Made by a program: the position numbers and the translations under genes. A stretch of 64,000 bases of DNA. Origin: a bacterium. GTDB taxonomy: Bacteria > Zhuqueibacterota > Zhuqueibacteria > Oceanimicrobiales > Oceanimicrobiaceae. Below, piece after piece: positions 20,317 through 32,566 of the stretch; position 1 is the first letter of the stretch, and the number at the start of each line of letters is the position of its first letter. The DNA lies in the NCBI GenBank assembly GCA_037446635.1, contig JBBIIG010000016.1:1-64000 (forward strand), given 5' to 3'. Under the pieces are notes generated by a model, which saw only the letters and a list, made by a program, of their open reading frames with translations, ran no database searches and was not told where the DNA came from.

Positions 20317-21138
20317 ATGTCAGAGAAGAATAACCTTGGGGCGATCCTTTGCCCCAATTGTAAGAAACTTATCAGCGCCAATTCCGAGCAGTGCATCTAT
20401 TGCGGCATGAAGAACCCCAACCTCTGGGGCTTCAGCGGGTATTTGCGGAAAATCTTTGGCGCGCAGGCGAGTCTCGTGCCGGCAATCACGATCGTTTGTG
20501 TCGTGTATTACGTTCTGAGTCTCCTCTTTGATCCTTCTGCCATCATGCACCCCGGCGGGATTTTTGATTTTCTTGGCCCGTCCAGCCACAGCTTATTTCG
20601 TCTCGGCGCCACCGGCACGTTGGCGATGTCGCTTGGTAAATGGTGGACGCTTATTACAGCCGTTTATCTGCACGGCGGGCTGCTGCACATTTTCTTCAAT
20701 TTGTACTGGCTGCGGCAATTAGGCCCGCCTCTCGAAGAATTTTTCGGGGTGGCGCGCACGTTCATTATTTTTACTGTTGCCGGAGTTTTGGGTTATGTCG
20801 CTTCCAATTTGGCTGAAATTGGATTCACCATCGGCGCTTCCGGTGCCAACTTTGGGCTGCTCGGCGCGTTGATTTATTACGGCCGCCGGCGCGGCGGCAC
20901 CTTCGGCGCCCACATTTATCGCGAAGTGGGACAGTGGGCGATTGTGCTGTTTGCGATGGGATTTCTGTTTCCGGGCATCAACAACTGGGCTCATGCCGGC
21001 GGCTTCGTGGGCGGGTATGTAACCGCGGCGCTGGTGGGTTTCGCCGAAATCAAACCCGAGAACCAATTTCATCTTTTTGCGGCGCTGGCTTGCATCGCGG
21101 TGACCATTCTGGCGTTTGTGCTGGCGCTGCTGCCGTGA
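20317..21138 (+). CDS. Rhomboid intramembrane serine protease with N-terminal Zn ribbon
   Basis: 'HGGLLHIFFN', GASG catalytic Ser, 'AHAGG' His; CPNC..CIYC. Confidence 0.92.
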   Translation: MSEKNNLGAILCPNCKKLISANSEQCIYCGMKNPNLWGFSGYLRKIFGAQASLVPAITIVCVVYYVLSLLFDPSAIMHPGGIFDFLGPSSHSLFRLGATGTLAMSLGKWWTLITAVYLHGGLLHIFFNLYWLRQLGPPLEEFFGVARTFIIFTVAGVLGYVASNLAEIGFTIGASGANFGLLGALIYYGRRRGGTFGAHIYREVGQWAIVLFAMGFLFPGINNWAHAGGFVGGYVTAALVGFAEIKPENQFHLFAALACIAVTILAFVLALLP

Positions 21139-21168
21139 GACGGCAGAGGGCAGAGGTGAGACGTTTTA

Positions 21169-21242
21169 TAACCGCAATGACCGCAAAGAGGGCGCAACAA
21201 TTCTTCGCGTTCTTTGCGTTGTCTTTGCGAACCTTGCGGTTA
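21169..21242. repeat. REP-like inverted repeat between convergent genes
   Basis: taaccgcaa...cgcaaag / ctttgcg...ttgcggtta. Confidence 0.6.
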
Positions 21243-21247
21243 AGTTG

Positions 21248-22021
21248 CTAAATGAAAACTTTGAATGCAAACGCGAGGACAATCGAAATCTTCCAACCAT
21301 CCAGCCTATTGCGGACGCCGGCATACGGCTCACGATTGGTGAATTTGATGAAGTCATCCGGGAAGCGGTCGCTGCCATCGAGAATTTTTTCCGGGGCGGA
21401 ATCCCGCAGATGGCCGCCCGTGTTGGTTGCAAAAACTGGGCGGCTGATTTTAGCCATCAAAAAGGTGCGGTTTTTTCGGACGCCGAGCACGAGCCCGAGG
21501 TCGCCGGCGAAGAAGGATTGCGCTTTGTACGCACCGTCCAGGCGCTCCGAGTAGTCCGAGCCGGAAATATTTGAATAACTCGATTTCATGCTGACACGGC
21601 GGTTTAAAAAAAGCGTCAGCAGCCCGCCCACAAAAACGTTCCCCCACACTCTGCCGGCTTCCCCTTCTAAATAAAAGGCGTCGGAATGAATGCGAAAATT
21701 GCGGCTGTCGCCATTGTTGAACAGGCCGTTGCTGCTGCTGGTTAAGCGGCGCCAGCCCGCCAGCACGGCCGTAGTCAGACGATATCCCACGTAGCGGTAT
21801 CCGCCCTCAAAACGCAGCCCCACATAGTTATCGAAGCCGCTTAAAAATTGGCTCATGTTGGGCGCGTTGACGGCGTTGTAGGTTTGCTTAAAATGATTTA
21901 AGTCGGCGGAATCATAGAGGCTGAGAGTTACGCCCGTGCCCACCACGCCATAGTGCTGCGACCACAGTTGTAACGAACATGACGATTCGATGATCAGGAG
22001 AAATAAAATGGTTCGCATCAT
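21248..22021 (-). CDS. Hypothetical exported protein, possibly an outer-membrane beta-barrel
   Basis: Signal peptide, amphipathic beta strands, aromatic C-terminus. Confidence 0.6.
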   Translation of the reverse strand: MMRTILFLLIIESSCSLQLWSQHYGVVGTGVTLSLYDSADLNHFKQTYNAVNAPNMSQFLSGFDNYVGLRFEGGYRYVGYRLTTAVLAGWRRLTSSSNGLFNNGDSRNFRIHSDAFYLEGEAGRVWGNVFVGGLLTLFLNRRVSMKSSYSNISGSDYSERLDGAYKAQSFFAGDLGLVLGVRKNRTFLMAKISRPVFATNTGGHLRDSAPEKILDGSDRFPDDFIKFTNREPYAGVRNRLDGWKISIVLAFAFKVFI

Positions 22022-22053
22022 TTGACGCCGCAATTTTTCCGGGAGAAATTTGC

Positions 22054-24597
22054 CTAACGAATTTTCGCCACGCACACCGTGAGATCATCGAAGCGAGCGC
22101 TGGCAGAAGCGTGCTGCTCCACCGCCTCGATGATGGCCAGGCCGATGCGCCCCGCTGGTTCCGCAGCCGCGTTTTTGATCACCTGCTGCAGACGATCCGT
22201 TCCAAACTCTTCACCGTTGTGATTCTTGGCTTCGGTGACCCCGTCGGTGTAGAAGACGAAAATGTCGCCGCGCTTCAACGGGATGGTTTTCGCGCGCGTT
22301 TGTTCAGCAAATTCCTGGGTTGAGCCCAGCCCCATTCCCATTCCGGGGCACTCCAAAACCTGGGTGATGTTTTTACGCGCGTCGTAGTGAATGGGCGGCT
22401 CATGACCGGCGCGCACCAGCGTCAGCTTTTTGGCGCGCAAATCAAACTTGCCGCCCACCTGCGTGATGAAGAAACTTTTTTCGAGATCGCTGCACATCAG
22501 AGAGTTGAGCCGAACAAAAAATTCCCGCGGCGATGGATGATAGGAATAAATGGAACGCATGATGCCCTGAATTTTGCTGACATACAGCGCCGCCGACGTC
22601 CCTTTGCCGGAAACATCCCCAACGATGATCATCAATTGCTTTTTGTTGAATTGCAGGAAGTCGTAGAAATCGCCGCCCACCTCGGTGGCGGGTTCGGAGT
22701 GAACAAAGATGTCGAGGCCCGCGATATTGGGGATGCCTTTCGGCAGCGAGCCGAGCTGAATTCGGCGGGCGATCTGCAGCTCATTCTTCATCCGCTCCTG
22801 CTGTTTTAATTCTTTGTAGAGGTTGGCGTTTTCCAGCGCCACCGCGGTTTGCGAAGCCGCAGCCTCCAATAGCTCCAGGTCTTCCACTTGGTAGTGATCT
22901 TCGGAGAGTTTTTCGCCGACTACGAACAATCCCAACAGGCGTCCGTTCAAAGCAATCGGCGCCAGAAATGAGACGCCCATTTTTTTGAGTTCAGAATTCC
23001 AGGAATTCAAGCTCTCCACCGGCTGGGCATGACCTTTACTTGCGATTTCTCGGACCCAATCATCGTCGCTGTGGAAATGCAGTTTCTGCCAGGTTTCAGG
23101 TTGAAAACCCGAAGCTTCGGCGGGAATCAGTTTGCCGTTTTCAGCCAAAAAGATGCCAATATTTTTTAGGCGCATCAATCCAGAAAGTTTTTCAATCACG
23201 TCGTGGCTCAGGCGCTTTTCATCCAAACAGCACGCGACGATGCCGCTGAACTCGGCTAGCGCTTTTTTGTAATCGTACTTCTCCTGATAAAATTTTCGCG
23301 CCACGCGCTTCTGCAGAAAAACCCGCAGCCGCCAGAGTATCAGAATGAACAAAATCGTTTCAACCACCACGGCTTTGACCTTCCAGTGTTCGCGTTTTTC
23401 GGGCGGCAAATCGTTTACAAAGCCGATTTGAATTTGCTGATTGGTAAACCAGATTCCCGGATAATTCAAGCGGAGCTTTGGTAACATCATAACGCCTGAG
23501 ATCAGAATCACCGCCAGCCCAATATTAATCAGGATAGAAACCGTGACATAAACCCGGCTGCGGCGTATCACCGGATTGAAGTCGAGCAAGCGGAAGCGGT
23601 AGGTAGTATAAAGATACGAAAGGGGAAAAAGGATCAGCGCGATTAAGGCAAATTGGCCGTAGATGAGCCACTCGATCTTGTACCAGATGCAGATGGCGGT
23701 GACCGCAAAAAAGGTCACGCCAACTACCCAGCCGCTCCATTTGAGGTAGCGGTTGAGGCGTTTAACTTCGGGGGGTTTGGTTTTGCGATGAAAGAAAAAG
23801 ATGCCAATTCCCACAAGAATCAGGAAAAGCAGCGAGCCATTGATGACGATTCCCAAATAGAAATTGAATTTTATTTTTTGCAAAAACAACAGCGTCATCA
23901 AAACAACAATGACGGCGGACAGCGTGAACGCAGTGAAAATAAAGGTGCGATGCAACCAACGGCGCTTCAGGATATCGGGGCGGGGGACCGGAAAATACAT
24001 GCGCGCATAAAAAAATAGCATGATAAAAATGGGTATCGCCGCGGCCTGCAGTATCGAGTTGATGGAAACTCGCACCGAGAGCGACAACAAAATCAAACTC
24101 CAAATCAGGAAGCTGGCAAAGAGCAGTCGCGCTGGTTTGAGATGCGGGCGCAGGAGGCCGAAAAACGCCGCCGTCCCCAGACTCGCCAGTCCGGTCAGAA
24201 ACAGCAGAACCAGATAGATATCCACGCCGATGGTGGCCATGGTAACCGGGATGGTGAGCTGCTGGCCCTCGCGCAGCACGATGTATTCAACGGTTTCGCC
24301 GGGGGCGATTTCGCGCAGGATGCGGTCGGCTTCGATGGCGTTCTGGAAGCGCCGCCCCTTAATGCTGAGAATCACGTCGCCCACTTGAATGCCCGCGCGA
24401 TCAGATGCGCCGCCTTTGGTTACGGCTTTGACGGTGACGCCGAGTTTGCCGTCGTCAAAATAATTTTGATCGGTGGCGGAGGAAATGGCGCGGCGAAAAT
24501 TGCCGACGCCGTAAATCAAAACCAGCGCGATCAAAATCGCGAACAGCGCGCGCAGCTTTTGGCTGTCCGCAAAGAATTTCTGGGGTGATTTTAACAT
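22054..24597 (-). CDS. Membrane sensor PP2C/SpoIIE phosphatase with PDZ and GAF domains
   Basis: PDZ 'GGASDRAGIQVGDVI'; multiple TMs; GAF; 'EVGGDFYD', 'GDVSGKG', 'YTDGVTEA', 'DDLT'. Confidence 0.9.
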   Translation of the reverse strand: MLKSPQKFFADSQKLRALFAILIALVLIYGVGNFRRAISSATDQNYFDDGKLGVTVKAVTKGGASDRAGIQVGDVILSIKGRRFQNAIEADRILREIAPGETVEYIVLREGQQLTIPVTMATIGVDIYLVLLFLTGLASLGTAAFFGLLRPHLKPARLLFASFLIWSLILLSLSVRVSINSILQAAAIPIFIMLFFYARMYFPVPRPDILKRRWLHRTFIFTAFTLSAVIVVLMTLLFLQKIKFNFYLGIVINGSLLFLILVGIGIFFFHRKTKPPEVKRLNRYLKWSGWVVGVTFFAVTAICIWYKIEWLIYGQFALIALILFPLSYLYTTYRFRLLDFNPVIRRSRVYVTVSILINIGLAVILISGVMMLPKLRLNYPGIWFTNQQIQIGFVNDLPPEKREHWKVKAVVVETILFILILWRLRVFLQKRVARKFYQEKYDYKKALAEFSGIVACCLDEKRLSHDVIEKLSGLMRLKNIGIFLAENGKLIPAEASGFQPETWQKLHFHSDDDWVREIASKGHAQPVESLNSWNSELKKMGVSFLAPIALNGRLLGLFVVGEKLSEDHYQVEDLELLEAAASQTAVALENANLYKELKQQERMKNELQIARRIQLGSLPKGIPNIAGLDIFVHSEPATEVGGDFYDFLQFNKKQLMIIVGDVSGKGTSAALYVSKIQGIMRSIYSYHPSPREFFVRLNSLMCSDLEKSFFITQVGGKFDLRAKKLTLVRAGHEPPIHYDARKNITQVLECPGMGMGLGSTQEFAEQTRAKTIPLKRGDIFVFYTDGVTEAKNHNGEEFGTDRLQQVIKNAAAEPAGRIGLAIIEAVEQHASASARFDDLTVCVAKIR

Positions 24598-24713
24598 GGC
24601 TTGAGGTACGAGAGTTAATGTTAAACACCGAATATAGTGAAACCCATCGAAGAATCTAAAGAATTTTCAATGACGTTCGGTGACCTTTAGGGTTAATTTC
24701 TTAGCCCGGATAA

Positions 24714-24796
24714 TTCACCGCAGAGATCAGAGGCTAAATAAAAACAATTAACTCTAACGGAAACAACTCCGCGGCCTCTGCGCGCTCTGCGGTTCA
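24714..24796. repeat. REP-like inverted repeat (accgcagag / ctctgcggt type)
   Basis: ttcaccgcagag...ctctgcgcgctctgcggtt; a related half-copy lies near 51783-51813. Confidence 0.5.
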
Positions 24797-24820
24797 TGAA
24801 TTAATCAGGATAAGCCCTTT

Positions 24821-25843
24821 TTAAAAGTAAATAGCTTCCGTGGATTTCACAATGTGCGCGCCGCTCTCGGCGAATTCTTTGAAAACGGCGTCCGCTTGAT
24901 CGGTATAATCCACCACCCCCGGGACCACCACCGGCGACATGCAGTCCTCCAGCAGATAAACTTTTTTCACCAGCCGGTGATCTTTGTCCCAGATTTCTTT
25001 CAGAAGGTCTGCGATGGTCCAGGCGACGCAGTGGCTTTTGGCCTGGCCGGCAATGATCACCGCGTCGAACTCCAGCAGCTTGCGAATGAAGGCGCTGTTT
25101 TTTTTGGCAATTTTTTGGCCGGTTTGATCTTCCAGCACTTCTGGACTCAAAACCGAGTAGTTTTCCGTCAAGGGGTTGTTGCCTTTCACCTGAACGTCGG
25201 GTTGACTGCGGCGCGCGATGCTGTGAAAGAAAATCGCCTCTTCCACCGCCGACACCAGGGCGTGGCCGATGCCGCCCAACATCGCATGGTACGGCCAGAT
25301 GGTGAGTTGATATTTTCCGCCCTTTGCCAGTTGGCTGGTGTAGTGCTGTAGATATTCCTGCCCGTATTTTTCATCGATTCCCAAGACGATCGCAACTTCC
25401 GGATTGAGTTTCCAGACGCCGTCGCGAATGTCTTTTTCCGAAATCAGTGTGTAGGGTTCGGGATGCCGATTCTGATCATTGATTAGAAAAATGCTGTGGA
25501 AAATTTGCATGGCCTGATGGGTGTCCATGGTTGGGCAAATTTGCGTGATGACATTCAGGTTGCGGTAAATAAATTCGCACAGTCGGCGGTTGTCATCAAC
25601 CGCGCCGGTACCGGAGCGTCCGCCTACAAACAGCTCGAAGTCTGGAATGCAAAAGGTATTTTGTACATCCACGGCAATGAGGCAAACACGAAACTCATCG
25701 CGGGACGCCGGTTGAATGTTGTGCTGCCGCGCCCATTTTTCCGCTTGCGCCGCCCGCTCCTGATACGGGACGCGCCAGACTTCTCCAACTTTGCCAGGAT
25801 CAAAATAGGAAGGAATGGGTAATTCGTTCGCTAACATTTTCAA
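24821..25843 (-). CDS. Isochorismatase-family hydrolase, probable nicotinamidase
   Basis: 'VDVQNTFC', 'TMDTH', 'IWPYH', 'GQAKSHCV'; adjacent to pncB. Confidence 0.8.
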   Translation of the reverse strand: MKMLANELPIPSYFDPGKVGEVWRVPYQERAAQAEKWARQHNIQPASRDEFRVCLIAVDVQNTFCIPDFELFVGGRSGTGAVDDNRRLCEFIYRNLNVITQICPTMDTHQAMQIFHSIFLINDQNRHPEPYTLISEKDIRDGVWKLNPEVAIVLGIDEKYGQEYLQHYTSQLAKGGKYQLTIWPYHAMLGGIGHALVSAVEEAIFFHSIARRSQPDVQVKGNNPLTENYSVLSPEVLEDQTGQKIAKKNSAFIRKLLEFDAVIIAGQAKSHCVAWTIADLLKEIWDKDHRLVKKVYLLEDCMSPVVVPGVVDYTDQADAVFKEFAESGAHIVKSTEAIYF

Positions 25844-25871
25844 TAAACCTCCTTCGTTCCATCATCTATCT

Positions 25872-27434
25872 TTAATTCTCAAATGTTGATTGCTTCTTCA
25901 TGCTCTCTACCAGATGCTGTTTTCGTTCCCAAAGGTTTTGCGTTATGGAAACGTGATAAATATGCGGGTTCATCAGTCGCTTCACGCCGGCGTCCAACCG
26001 ATCTATATCGCGCTGGCGAATTTCGCGCATTTCCTGGATGGTTGGAAAATCCACAATCAGTTTTCCCTCTTTGAGAACGTCCGTCAATAAAGGTTCGATT
26101 TCCATAATTTGTGATTTATCCAAGACGCGATGGATAGTGGCGTCCGTTGGATGATGCAAATGAATTGTTTTCCAGTCCCGCGGTTCTTCATCGGAGAGGC
26201 CAATGAGATCGGCGGTGGCCTTGCCGCGGCGGTCGTAAATTCGCCAGACGCGCTTGTTGTCCGGGTTGGGGGTTTTGGTCGGCGATTCCGAAATTTTGAT
26301 CGCCGGCAGCCAGTGGTTGTCCCGCTGCAGCGCCACCAATTTATAAACGCCGCCCAGCGCGGAATCACCGGCGGAAGTGATGAGCCGCGTGCCCACGCCG
26401 TACGCCAACCGTTTGATAAGCTGATTGGGATCGAGGTTGTGGCGCGGCGCCTCTTCTTCAATTTGAGTGATGATTTGCCAGATGTTCAATTCATCCAACT
26501 CGTTGGATAAAACAATCGTGGTATCCGCGAAGCCCGCGGCGTTGAGCCGTTTGGCGGTTTCGATGCTGAGATAAGCCAGGTCGCCGGAGTCCAATCGCAC
26601 GCCCACCGGCTGGTGTCCCTTTTTCTTCAACTCTTCAAAAACTTTGATGGCGTTAGGAACGCCGCTTTCCAGGGTATCGATGGTATCCACCAACAGAATG
26701 CAGTCGTCCGGATAAAGCTCGGCGAAGGCGCGAAAGGCATCGAGTTCGCTCATGCCCAGCGCCAGAAATGCCTGCACCATGCTGTGGGCGTGGGTGCCTT
26801 TGGGAGGCAGACCGAGGGCGTGTGAAATTCCAACGTTGGAGGTGAAATCCGCGCCGCCGATGAGCGCCGCGCGCGCGCCGGCCAGCACCCCGCGATCGTG
26901 CCCGCGCCGCGCGCCGAATTCTAAAATGAGCTGACCGTGACTGATTTCGCGGATGCGCGCGGCTTTGGTGGCAATCAGCGTCTGGTAATTAAGATGATTC
27001 AGCAGTGAGGTTTCTAAAATCTGCGCCATCGCCAGCGGGCCTTGCACCACGGCCAGCGGCACATTGGGATGCACAACCCGTCCTTCCGGGATGGCCAACA
27101 TGGAGATGGAATGGAAGCTGCCATTTTGTTCGAGCCACTTGAGAAAGTCATCAGCAAACAGCGGTTTGCCGGCGCGGCTTTTCTGGCTGCGCAAAAAAGA
27201 AATGTCCTCTTTGCGAAATCGCACCGAAAGCATCCAGTCCAATAGCCACTCCAGTCCGGCATTGATGCAGTAGCCGGCTTTGTGGACGCCGTAATCCGGA
27301 TAATCGCGGAAGAAGTAATCGAACTGCGCCGGTGTTTCGTGAAGGCCGTGGCGGAAGTAAAGCTGGGCCATCGTCAGTTGATACTGATCGGTGAAGAGGA
27401 TGCCTTCGGCGGTGGCGCGATCGAAACGTCGCAT
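25872..27434 (-). CDS. pncB: Nicotinate phosphoribosyltransferase
   Basis: 'FTDQYQLTM', 'EFGARR', 'GTHAHS', 'LVDT', 'VRLDSGDL'. Confidence 0.93.
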   Translation of the reverse strand: MRRFDRATAEGILFTDQYQLTMAQLYFRHGLHETPAQFDYFFRDYPDYGVHKAGYCINAGLEWLLDWMLSVRFRKEDISFLRSQKSRAGKPLFADDFLKWLEQNGSFHSISMLAIPEGRVVHPNVPLAVVQGPLAMAQILETSLLNHLNYQTLIATKAARIREISHGQLILEFGARRGHDRGVLAGARAALIGGADFTSNVGISHALGLPPKGTHAHSMVQAFLALGMSELDAFRAFAELYPDDCILLVDTIDTLESGVPNAIKVFEELKKKGHQPVGVRLDSGDLAYLSIETAKRLNAAGFADTTIVLSNELDELNIWQIITQIEEEAPRHNLDPNQLIKRLAYGVGTRLITSAGDSALGGVYKLVALQRDNHWLPAIKISESPTKTPNPDNKRVWRIYDRRGKATADLIGLSDEEPRDWKTIHLHHPTDATIHRVLDKSQIMEIEPLLTDVLKEGKLIVDFPTIQEMREIRQRDIDRLDAGVKRLMNPHIYHVSITQNLWERKQHLVESMKKQSTFEN

Positions 27435-27568
27435 GCTTTGCCGTTCCCAAATTAGTACGCGACCAATTTAATTCAAAAATTCCTGGGAGTCAAGTTATTG
27501 CCTGTTCTTGATTTTGATCCGGAATTGCGTTAAAATCGGTTCGATTTGTCGATTTTGTGGGTATGTAA

Positions 27569-27650
27569 AGCAAACCTCTGGTTTGCGTTTTAAAGCATCG
27601 AAAAGCAGAGCGTTGAGTTACAGGGAAACCTCTGGTTTGCGTTTCAAAAT
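27569..27650. repeat. Two copies of a short REP-like hairpin (aaacctctggtttgcgttt)
   Basis: Direct repeat ~55 bp apart; the first copy is palindromic gcaaacc-tct-ggtttgc. Confidence 0.6.
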
Positions 27651-27704
27651 TATCTCAAAGCGGAGCTTTGAGATACAGTTCATTTTCAAACGGAGGAGCA
27701 ACTT

Positions 27705-28400
27705 ATGCCCGAAATTTTTTCTGGTTTTCCCAAAGAATGCGTTGCCTTTTTGAGCGAGCTTACAGAAAACAACAGCAAGCCGTGGTTCGAAAAACACAAG
27801 GACGATTACGAAAATTACGTTCTCGCGCCGGCGCGGGAGTTTGTCGTGGAGATGGGGAAACGCCTGCGAAAGATTTCCCCAAAAGTGAACGCCGATCCGC
27901 GGCCCAACAAATCGCTGTTTCGCATTCATCGCGATACGCGGTTCAGCAAAGACAAATCGCCCTACAAAACACATTTGGGAATCATGTGGTGGGAGGGCAG
28001 CGGCCCGCGCATGGAATGCTCGTGCTATTATTTCCATCTCGAGCCGCCGAATCTGATGTTGGGAGTCGGCATTTACCAATTTCCAAAGCATCTGTTGGAG
28101 GCCTATCGCGCCGCGGTGGTGCATCAAACGCACGGCAAACAGTTGGCGCAGGCGATCAAAAAAGTCACCCAAAAGGGCGAATACGAATTAGGCGGGCGAG
28201 TTTATAAAAAGACGCCGCGCGGCTTTGATGCCGATCATCCGAACGCGGATATGTTGCTGTTTAATGGACTCTACGCCGGCGCCACTACAAAAATTCCGCG
28301 AGAATTGCATTCGCCGGCGATCGTGGATTACTGCTTCGAGCGCTACAAAAAAATGGACCCGCTGCACAAGTGGCTGGTGGCGTTGACGGAACGGGTTTAG
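27705..28400 (+). CDS. DUF2461 family protein
   Basis: 'LTENNSKPWFEKHK', 'FRIHRDTRFSKDKSPYK'. Confidence 0.9.
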   Translation: MPEIFSGFPKECVAFLSELTENNSKPWFEKHKDDYENYVLAPAREFVVEMGKRLRKISPKVNADPRPNKSLFRIHRDTRFSKDKSPYKTHLGIMWWEGSGPRMECSCYYFHLEPPNLMLGVGIYQFPKHLLEAYRAAVVHQTHGKQLAQAIKKVTQKGEYELGGRVYKKTPRGFDADHPNADMLLFNGLYAGATTKIPRELHSPAIVDYCFERYKKMDPLHKWLVALTERV

Positions 28401-28520
28401 TTTGGTAGAGAGCCGGAGAGAAAGATTTTGCTGAGGAAGGTGCGCAAGTAAGGGGCTTCTTTGAAAAGGACTTTTCACCAAGAGGGGGACCACGCTTCGC
28501 GAGTGGGTGGTTAGAATAGT

Positions 28521-28946
28521 TTATTTCAAAATATATCCCATGATCACGCTGACAATTGTCGTGGACCAGAAGATGAACATCCATTTTATTAAATCGGCGC
28601 GCTGGATGGCTAGCTTCTTGTCAATTTCAATACCCAGCCGTTCGATTTCGGAGCGTTGGGCGGTTAACTTTTGGTCAAAATCTATACCGAGTTGTTTTAT
28701 TTCGGAGCGTTGGGCGGTTAACTTTTGGTCAAACGCAACAGCAAGTCGTTCGATTTGGTTAATCAGCAACTCCCGTGTGTGAGCAAGCTCATGCTGAAAT
28801 TTTTCAAGCGTGCGGCCATTCAGGCGTTCCATCTCTTCGATCTGTGCTGTGTTAATTTGATTGATTATCGCCACGAATTCTTGTGCGCCCGCTTCGCCTA
28901 ACTTCGCGCGAAGATTCTTGGGAACCGTAATTGCGATCGTTGCCAA
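28521..28946 (-). CDS. DUF1640/CCDC90-like coiled-coil protein with C-terminal TM anchor
   Basis: 'KLGEAGAQEFV' head, 18-aa repeats, 'ADLIKWMFIFW'. Confidence 0.75.
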   Translation of the reverse strand: MATIAITVPKNLRAKLGEAGAQEFVAIINQINTAQIEEMERLNGRTLEKFQHELAHTRELLINQIERLAVAFDQKLTAQRSEIKQLGIDFDQKLTAQRSEIERLGIEIDKKLAIQRADLIKWMFIFWSTTIVSVIMGYILK

Positions 28947-29092
28947 AGTTCGCCTTCAATTTTTTGGAAAAAGATAATCATATTAAATTAGTTTTGCAAA
29001 ATAAATTTTGCCACGCCGCTTGCATCCCAGCCGAATTATTTTAAATTCAGAACAATCTCAAATCAATGAACAAGTAAAAGGAGAGACGCGCT

Positions 29093-32000
29093 ATGAACAG
29101 ACTTGTGTGGCGATGGGTTTTGGCTGTTCTGTTGGTGAATCTATGGTTTACTACTGGCTCACTGCAATCCCAAACCAAGCTGCTTCGCTTTCCCGACATT
29201 CACGATGACACCGTGGTGTTTTGCTACGGCGGCGATCTGTGGAAAGCTTCGGCCTCCGGCGGACTCGCCGTGCGGCTCACCGCGCATCCCGGCCAAGAGC
29301 TGTTTCCCAAATTTTCTCCCAATGGCAAATGGATTGCGTTCACCGGCCAGTACGATGGCGACGAGCAGGTTTATGTGATCCCGGCCGAAGGCGGCGAGCC
29401 GAAACAGTTGACATACTATCCCGCGCACGGGCCGCTGGCGCCGCGTTGGGGTTACGATAACCAGGTTTATGGTTGGACTCCCGACGGCACAAAGATCGTG
29501 TTCCGCTCGCTGCGCGACGCCGACGGCGCCAACGTCCTGACTGCGCTTTACACCGTGAGCGTCGATGGCGGCTTACCGGTGAAGCTGCCCATGCCTACTT
29601 CTGGCGCCGGCGATTTTTCACCCGACGGCGCCAAGATTGTTTATTCGCCGCTGTTCCGCGATTTTCGCACCTGGAAAAGATATGAGGGCGGTTGGGCGCA
29701 GGATTTATACATCTTCGATCTCAAAACTCATGATGCGCAGAAAATCGCCGCCAGCATCCGCAGCGAACGCGATCCCATGTGGATCGGCAACACCATTTAT
29801 TTCACCTCCGATCGCGACGGCACCTACAATCTTTTTGCGTTTGATATTGCAAGCAACGATGTGCGCCAGCTCACCCAAAGCAAAACTTGGGACGTGCGCT
29901 GGCCGTCGTCGGACAATCGCAGCAAGATCGTTTATGAGCTCGACGGCGAGCTGCAAATCTTCGACGTGACCACCAACGAAGATCGCCGCATCTCGATCAC
30001 CGTTCCCGACGACGGGCTGGCCAGGCGCCCCTCGCGCTACTCCGCCGAAAAAAATATCGAAGACTTCGAGCTTTCGCCGAAAGGAGAGCGCGCGCTGTTT
30101 GTGGCCCGCGGCGATATTTTCACCGCGCCCATCGAGAAAGGCCCGACCCGCAATCTCACCAACACATCGAATGCGCACGACAAATGGGCGCGCTGGTCGC
30201 CGGACGGCGCGAAGATCGCGTTCATCTCTGATCGCAGCGGTGAGGATCAAGTCTATCTCATCAATCAGGATGGTGGCCAGCCCGAGCAGCTCAGCACGCA
30301 ATTCAAAGGAATGCTGTACGCTCCCGAGTGGGCGCCGGATGGCAGGCGCCTCGCTTTCTCAGACAAAGATGGAAAGTTGTACGTGCTCACCATCGCCACG
30401 AAACAGGTGCAGGAGATCGCCGACGATGAATTTAGCGGCATCTTCGACTACACATGGTCGGCCTGCGGCGGCCACCTTGCATTTTCGATGAACGATTGGA
30501 GCGGCTACAGCTCGATTTATATTTGGAGCGTGAGCGATGGCCAGCGCCGCCGCATCACCGGCGAAAATTTTAATGAGTACGGACCGGCGTGGGATCCGGA
30601 AGGCAATTACCTCTACTATCTTTCCGATCGCGAGTTCGCGCCGCAAATCAGTAGTTGGGAATGGAACTTCGCCGGCAATCGCAGCACTGGCATTTTTGCA
30701 CTGGCGCTGCGCAAAGACGTGAAGAATCCATTTGCGCCGGAGAGCGACGAAGTTACAATTGGCGAGGGTGAAAAGACGGAAAAAGAAAAAGGCGCGGAAG
30801 AAAAAAAGGACGAAAAGAAAGCCAAAGAGACTCCGAAAGAATACATCAAAATCGATTTTGATGGTCTCGCGCAACGGGTGGCAAAGGTCCCCGTCGAATC
30901 GGATAATCTCAACGCCCTCACAGCCATCAAAGGGCACCTCATTTACACCAGCGCCGGCGCGCCGTTTTATGGCCGCGACAGTTACAAGAAAACCAGCCTC
31001 GAGATTTTCGAATTCAAAGAGCGCAAAAGCTCGACACTGGCTGAAAACATCTCGGGTTACGCGCTTTCATCCGATGGCAGCAAAGTGCTGGTGCAGCAGG
31101 AGAAAGCGTACAACCTTTACGACGCCAAACCCAAGCCCGGCGAGAAGAAAACCGTCTCCACCAAAGGACTCATGGTCGATCGTGTGCCGGCGCAGGAATG
31201 GGCAGAAATTTTCGACGAGGTTTGGCGCCGCTACCGCGATTTCTTTTACGTCCGCAACATGCACGGGTATGATTGGAAAGCGATTGGCGATCAGTACCGC
31301 ACCCTGCTGCAGCACGTGGCGCATCGCTCGGATTTGAATTATGTTTTGGGCGAGATGGTCTCGGAGCTGAACGTCGGCCACGCTTACATTGTCGGCGGCG
31401 ATTTTGAAATTCCCGAGCGGCCAAAAGTGGCGCTGCCGGGCGCGCGCTTCGAGTTGGATGAACAAGCCGGGCGCTATCGTATTTCAAAAATTTTCCGCGG
31501 AAGTAACGAAGAGGAAAAATACCGCTCGCCGCTGACCGAAGTTGGCGTCGATGCGAGAGTCGGCGATTATGTGTTAGCTGTCGACGGCGAGGAACTTAAC
31601 GCCAACGACAATCCGTACCGGCTGCTGCAGCATAAAACCGATCCGGTCACGCTGACGCTGAACTCGCGGCCGGTGCTGGACGGCGCGCGCAAAGTTACGT
31701 ACAAACCAATCAACGATGAGTCCGATCTGCTCTACAAAGAATGGGTTGATGGCAACCGCGAGAAAGTTTCGCAAATGACCGGCGGACGCGTGGCGTACCT
31801 GCATCTCCCCAACATGGGCGCTGACGGCATTTACGAGTTCATCAAATGGTACTATCCGCAAATCCGCAAAGAGGGGCTGGTGGTGGATGTCCGCTCCAAC
31901 GGCGGCGGCAACGTCTCGCAGTGGATCATCGAACGCCTCGACACCAAACTGATGGGCACGCGCTTTGGCCAGTCCAGCGATAAGCCATTTACTTATCCGG

Positions 32001-32416
32001 CTGCAGTTTTCCACGGGCCAATGGTCTGTCTTATCAGCGAAACCTCGGCTTCGGATGGCGATATCTTTCCGCACTATTTCCGCAAAGCTGGACTCGGACC
32101 ATTGATTGGCAAGCGCACGTGGGGCGGCGTGGTCGGCATTTCCGGCCGCGGGCCACTGTTGGATGGCGGAACCGTGTTCGTGCCTCTGCAGGGTACCAAC
32201 GATGAAAATGGCAACTGGATCATCGAGGGCCACGGCGTCGATCCCGATATTGAAGTGGAGAACGATCCCAAGAGCGTGCTGGCCGGCCGCGATCCGCAGC
32301 TCGAGCGCGGCGTGCAGGAAGTGCTGAAGCGGATGGACGAGAAGAAAATGAAGCTGCCGGCTCGTCCGCCGGATCCGTTGAAAATCAAAGCGCCGATTTC
32401 GACGAACGGACAGTAG
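29093..32416 (+). CDS. Tricorn protease homolog (S41)
   Basis: 'LLRFPDIH', PD40 propellers, PDZ, 'DVRSNGGG', 'SASDGD', 'RTWGGVVG'. Confidence 0.95.
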   Translation: MNRLVWRWVLAVLLVNLWFTTGSLQSQTKLLRFPDIHDDTVVFCYGGDLWKASASGGLAVRLTAHPGQELFPKFSPNGKWIAFTGQYDGDEQVYVIPAEGGEPKQLTYYPAHGPLAPRWGYDNQVYGWTPDGTKIVFRSLRDADGANVLTALYTVSVDGGLPVKLPMPTSGAGDFSPDGAKIVYSPLFRDFRTWKRYEGGWAQDLYIFDLKTHDAQKIAASIRSERDPMWIGNTIYFTSDRDGTYNLFAFDIASNDVRQLTQSKTWDVRWPSSDNRSKIVYELDGELQIFDVTTNEDRRISITVPDDGLARRPSRYSAEKNIEDFELSPKGERALFVARGDIFTAPIEKGPTRNLTNTSNAHDKWARWSPDGAKIAFISDRSGEDQVYLINQDGGQPEQLSTQFKGMLYAPEWAPDGRRLAFSDKDGKLYVLTIATKQVQEIADDEFSGIFDYTWSACGGHLAFSMNDWSGYSSIYIWSVSDGQRRRITGENFNEYGPAWDPEGNYLYYLSDREFAPQISSWEWNFAGNRSTGIFALALRKDVKNPFAPESDEVTIGEGEKTEKEKGAEEKKDEKKAKETPKEYIKIDFDGLAQRVAKVPVESDNLNALTAIKGHLIYTSAGAPFYGRDSYKKTSLEIFEFKERKSSTLAENISGYALSSDGSKVLVQQEKAYNLYDAKPKPGEKKTVSTKGLMVDRVPAQEWAEIFDEVWRRYRDFFYVRNMHGYDWKAIGDQYRTLLQHVAHRSDLNYVLGEMVSELNVGHAYIVGGDFEIPERPKVALPGARFELDEQAGRYRISKIFRGSNEEEKYRSPLTEVGVDARVGDYVLAVDGEELNANDNPYRLLQHKTDPVTLTLNSRPVLDGARKVTYKPINDESDLLYKEWVDGNREKVSQMTGGRVAYLHLPNMGADGIYEFIKWYYPQIRKEGLVVDVRSNGGGNVSQWIIERLDTKLMGTRFGQSSDKPFTYPAAVFHGPMVCLISETSASDGDIFPHYFRKAGLGPLIGKRTWGGVVGISGRGPLLDGGTVFVPLQGTNDENGNWIIEGHGVDPDIEVENDPKSVLAGRDPQLERGVQEVLKRMDEKKMKLPARPPDPLKIKAPISTNGQ

Positions 32417-32420
32417 TGGA

Positions 32421-32488
32421 GTGTCAAGCTTCAGCTTGACCCCGCAGATGCCTGTAGATGAGACTCATCTTTGAGATGAGTCTCATCT
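32421..32488. repeat. Hairpin gtcaagct-tc-agcttgac plus a 33-bp doubly palindromic element (32456-32488)
   Basis: agatgagactcatct-ttg-agatgagtctcatct, identical to 33958-33990. Confidence 0.8.
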
Positions 32489-32566
32489 TTCCCAAATTGA
32501 CCCCGATCAAACTGGCGATGAATTTCTGAAGCGCAAATAACCAAACAAGATTCTCCCACTTAAATC

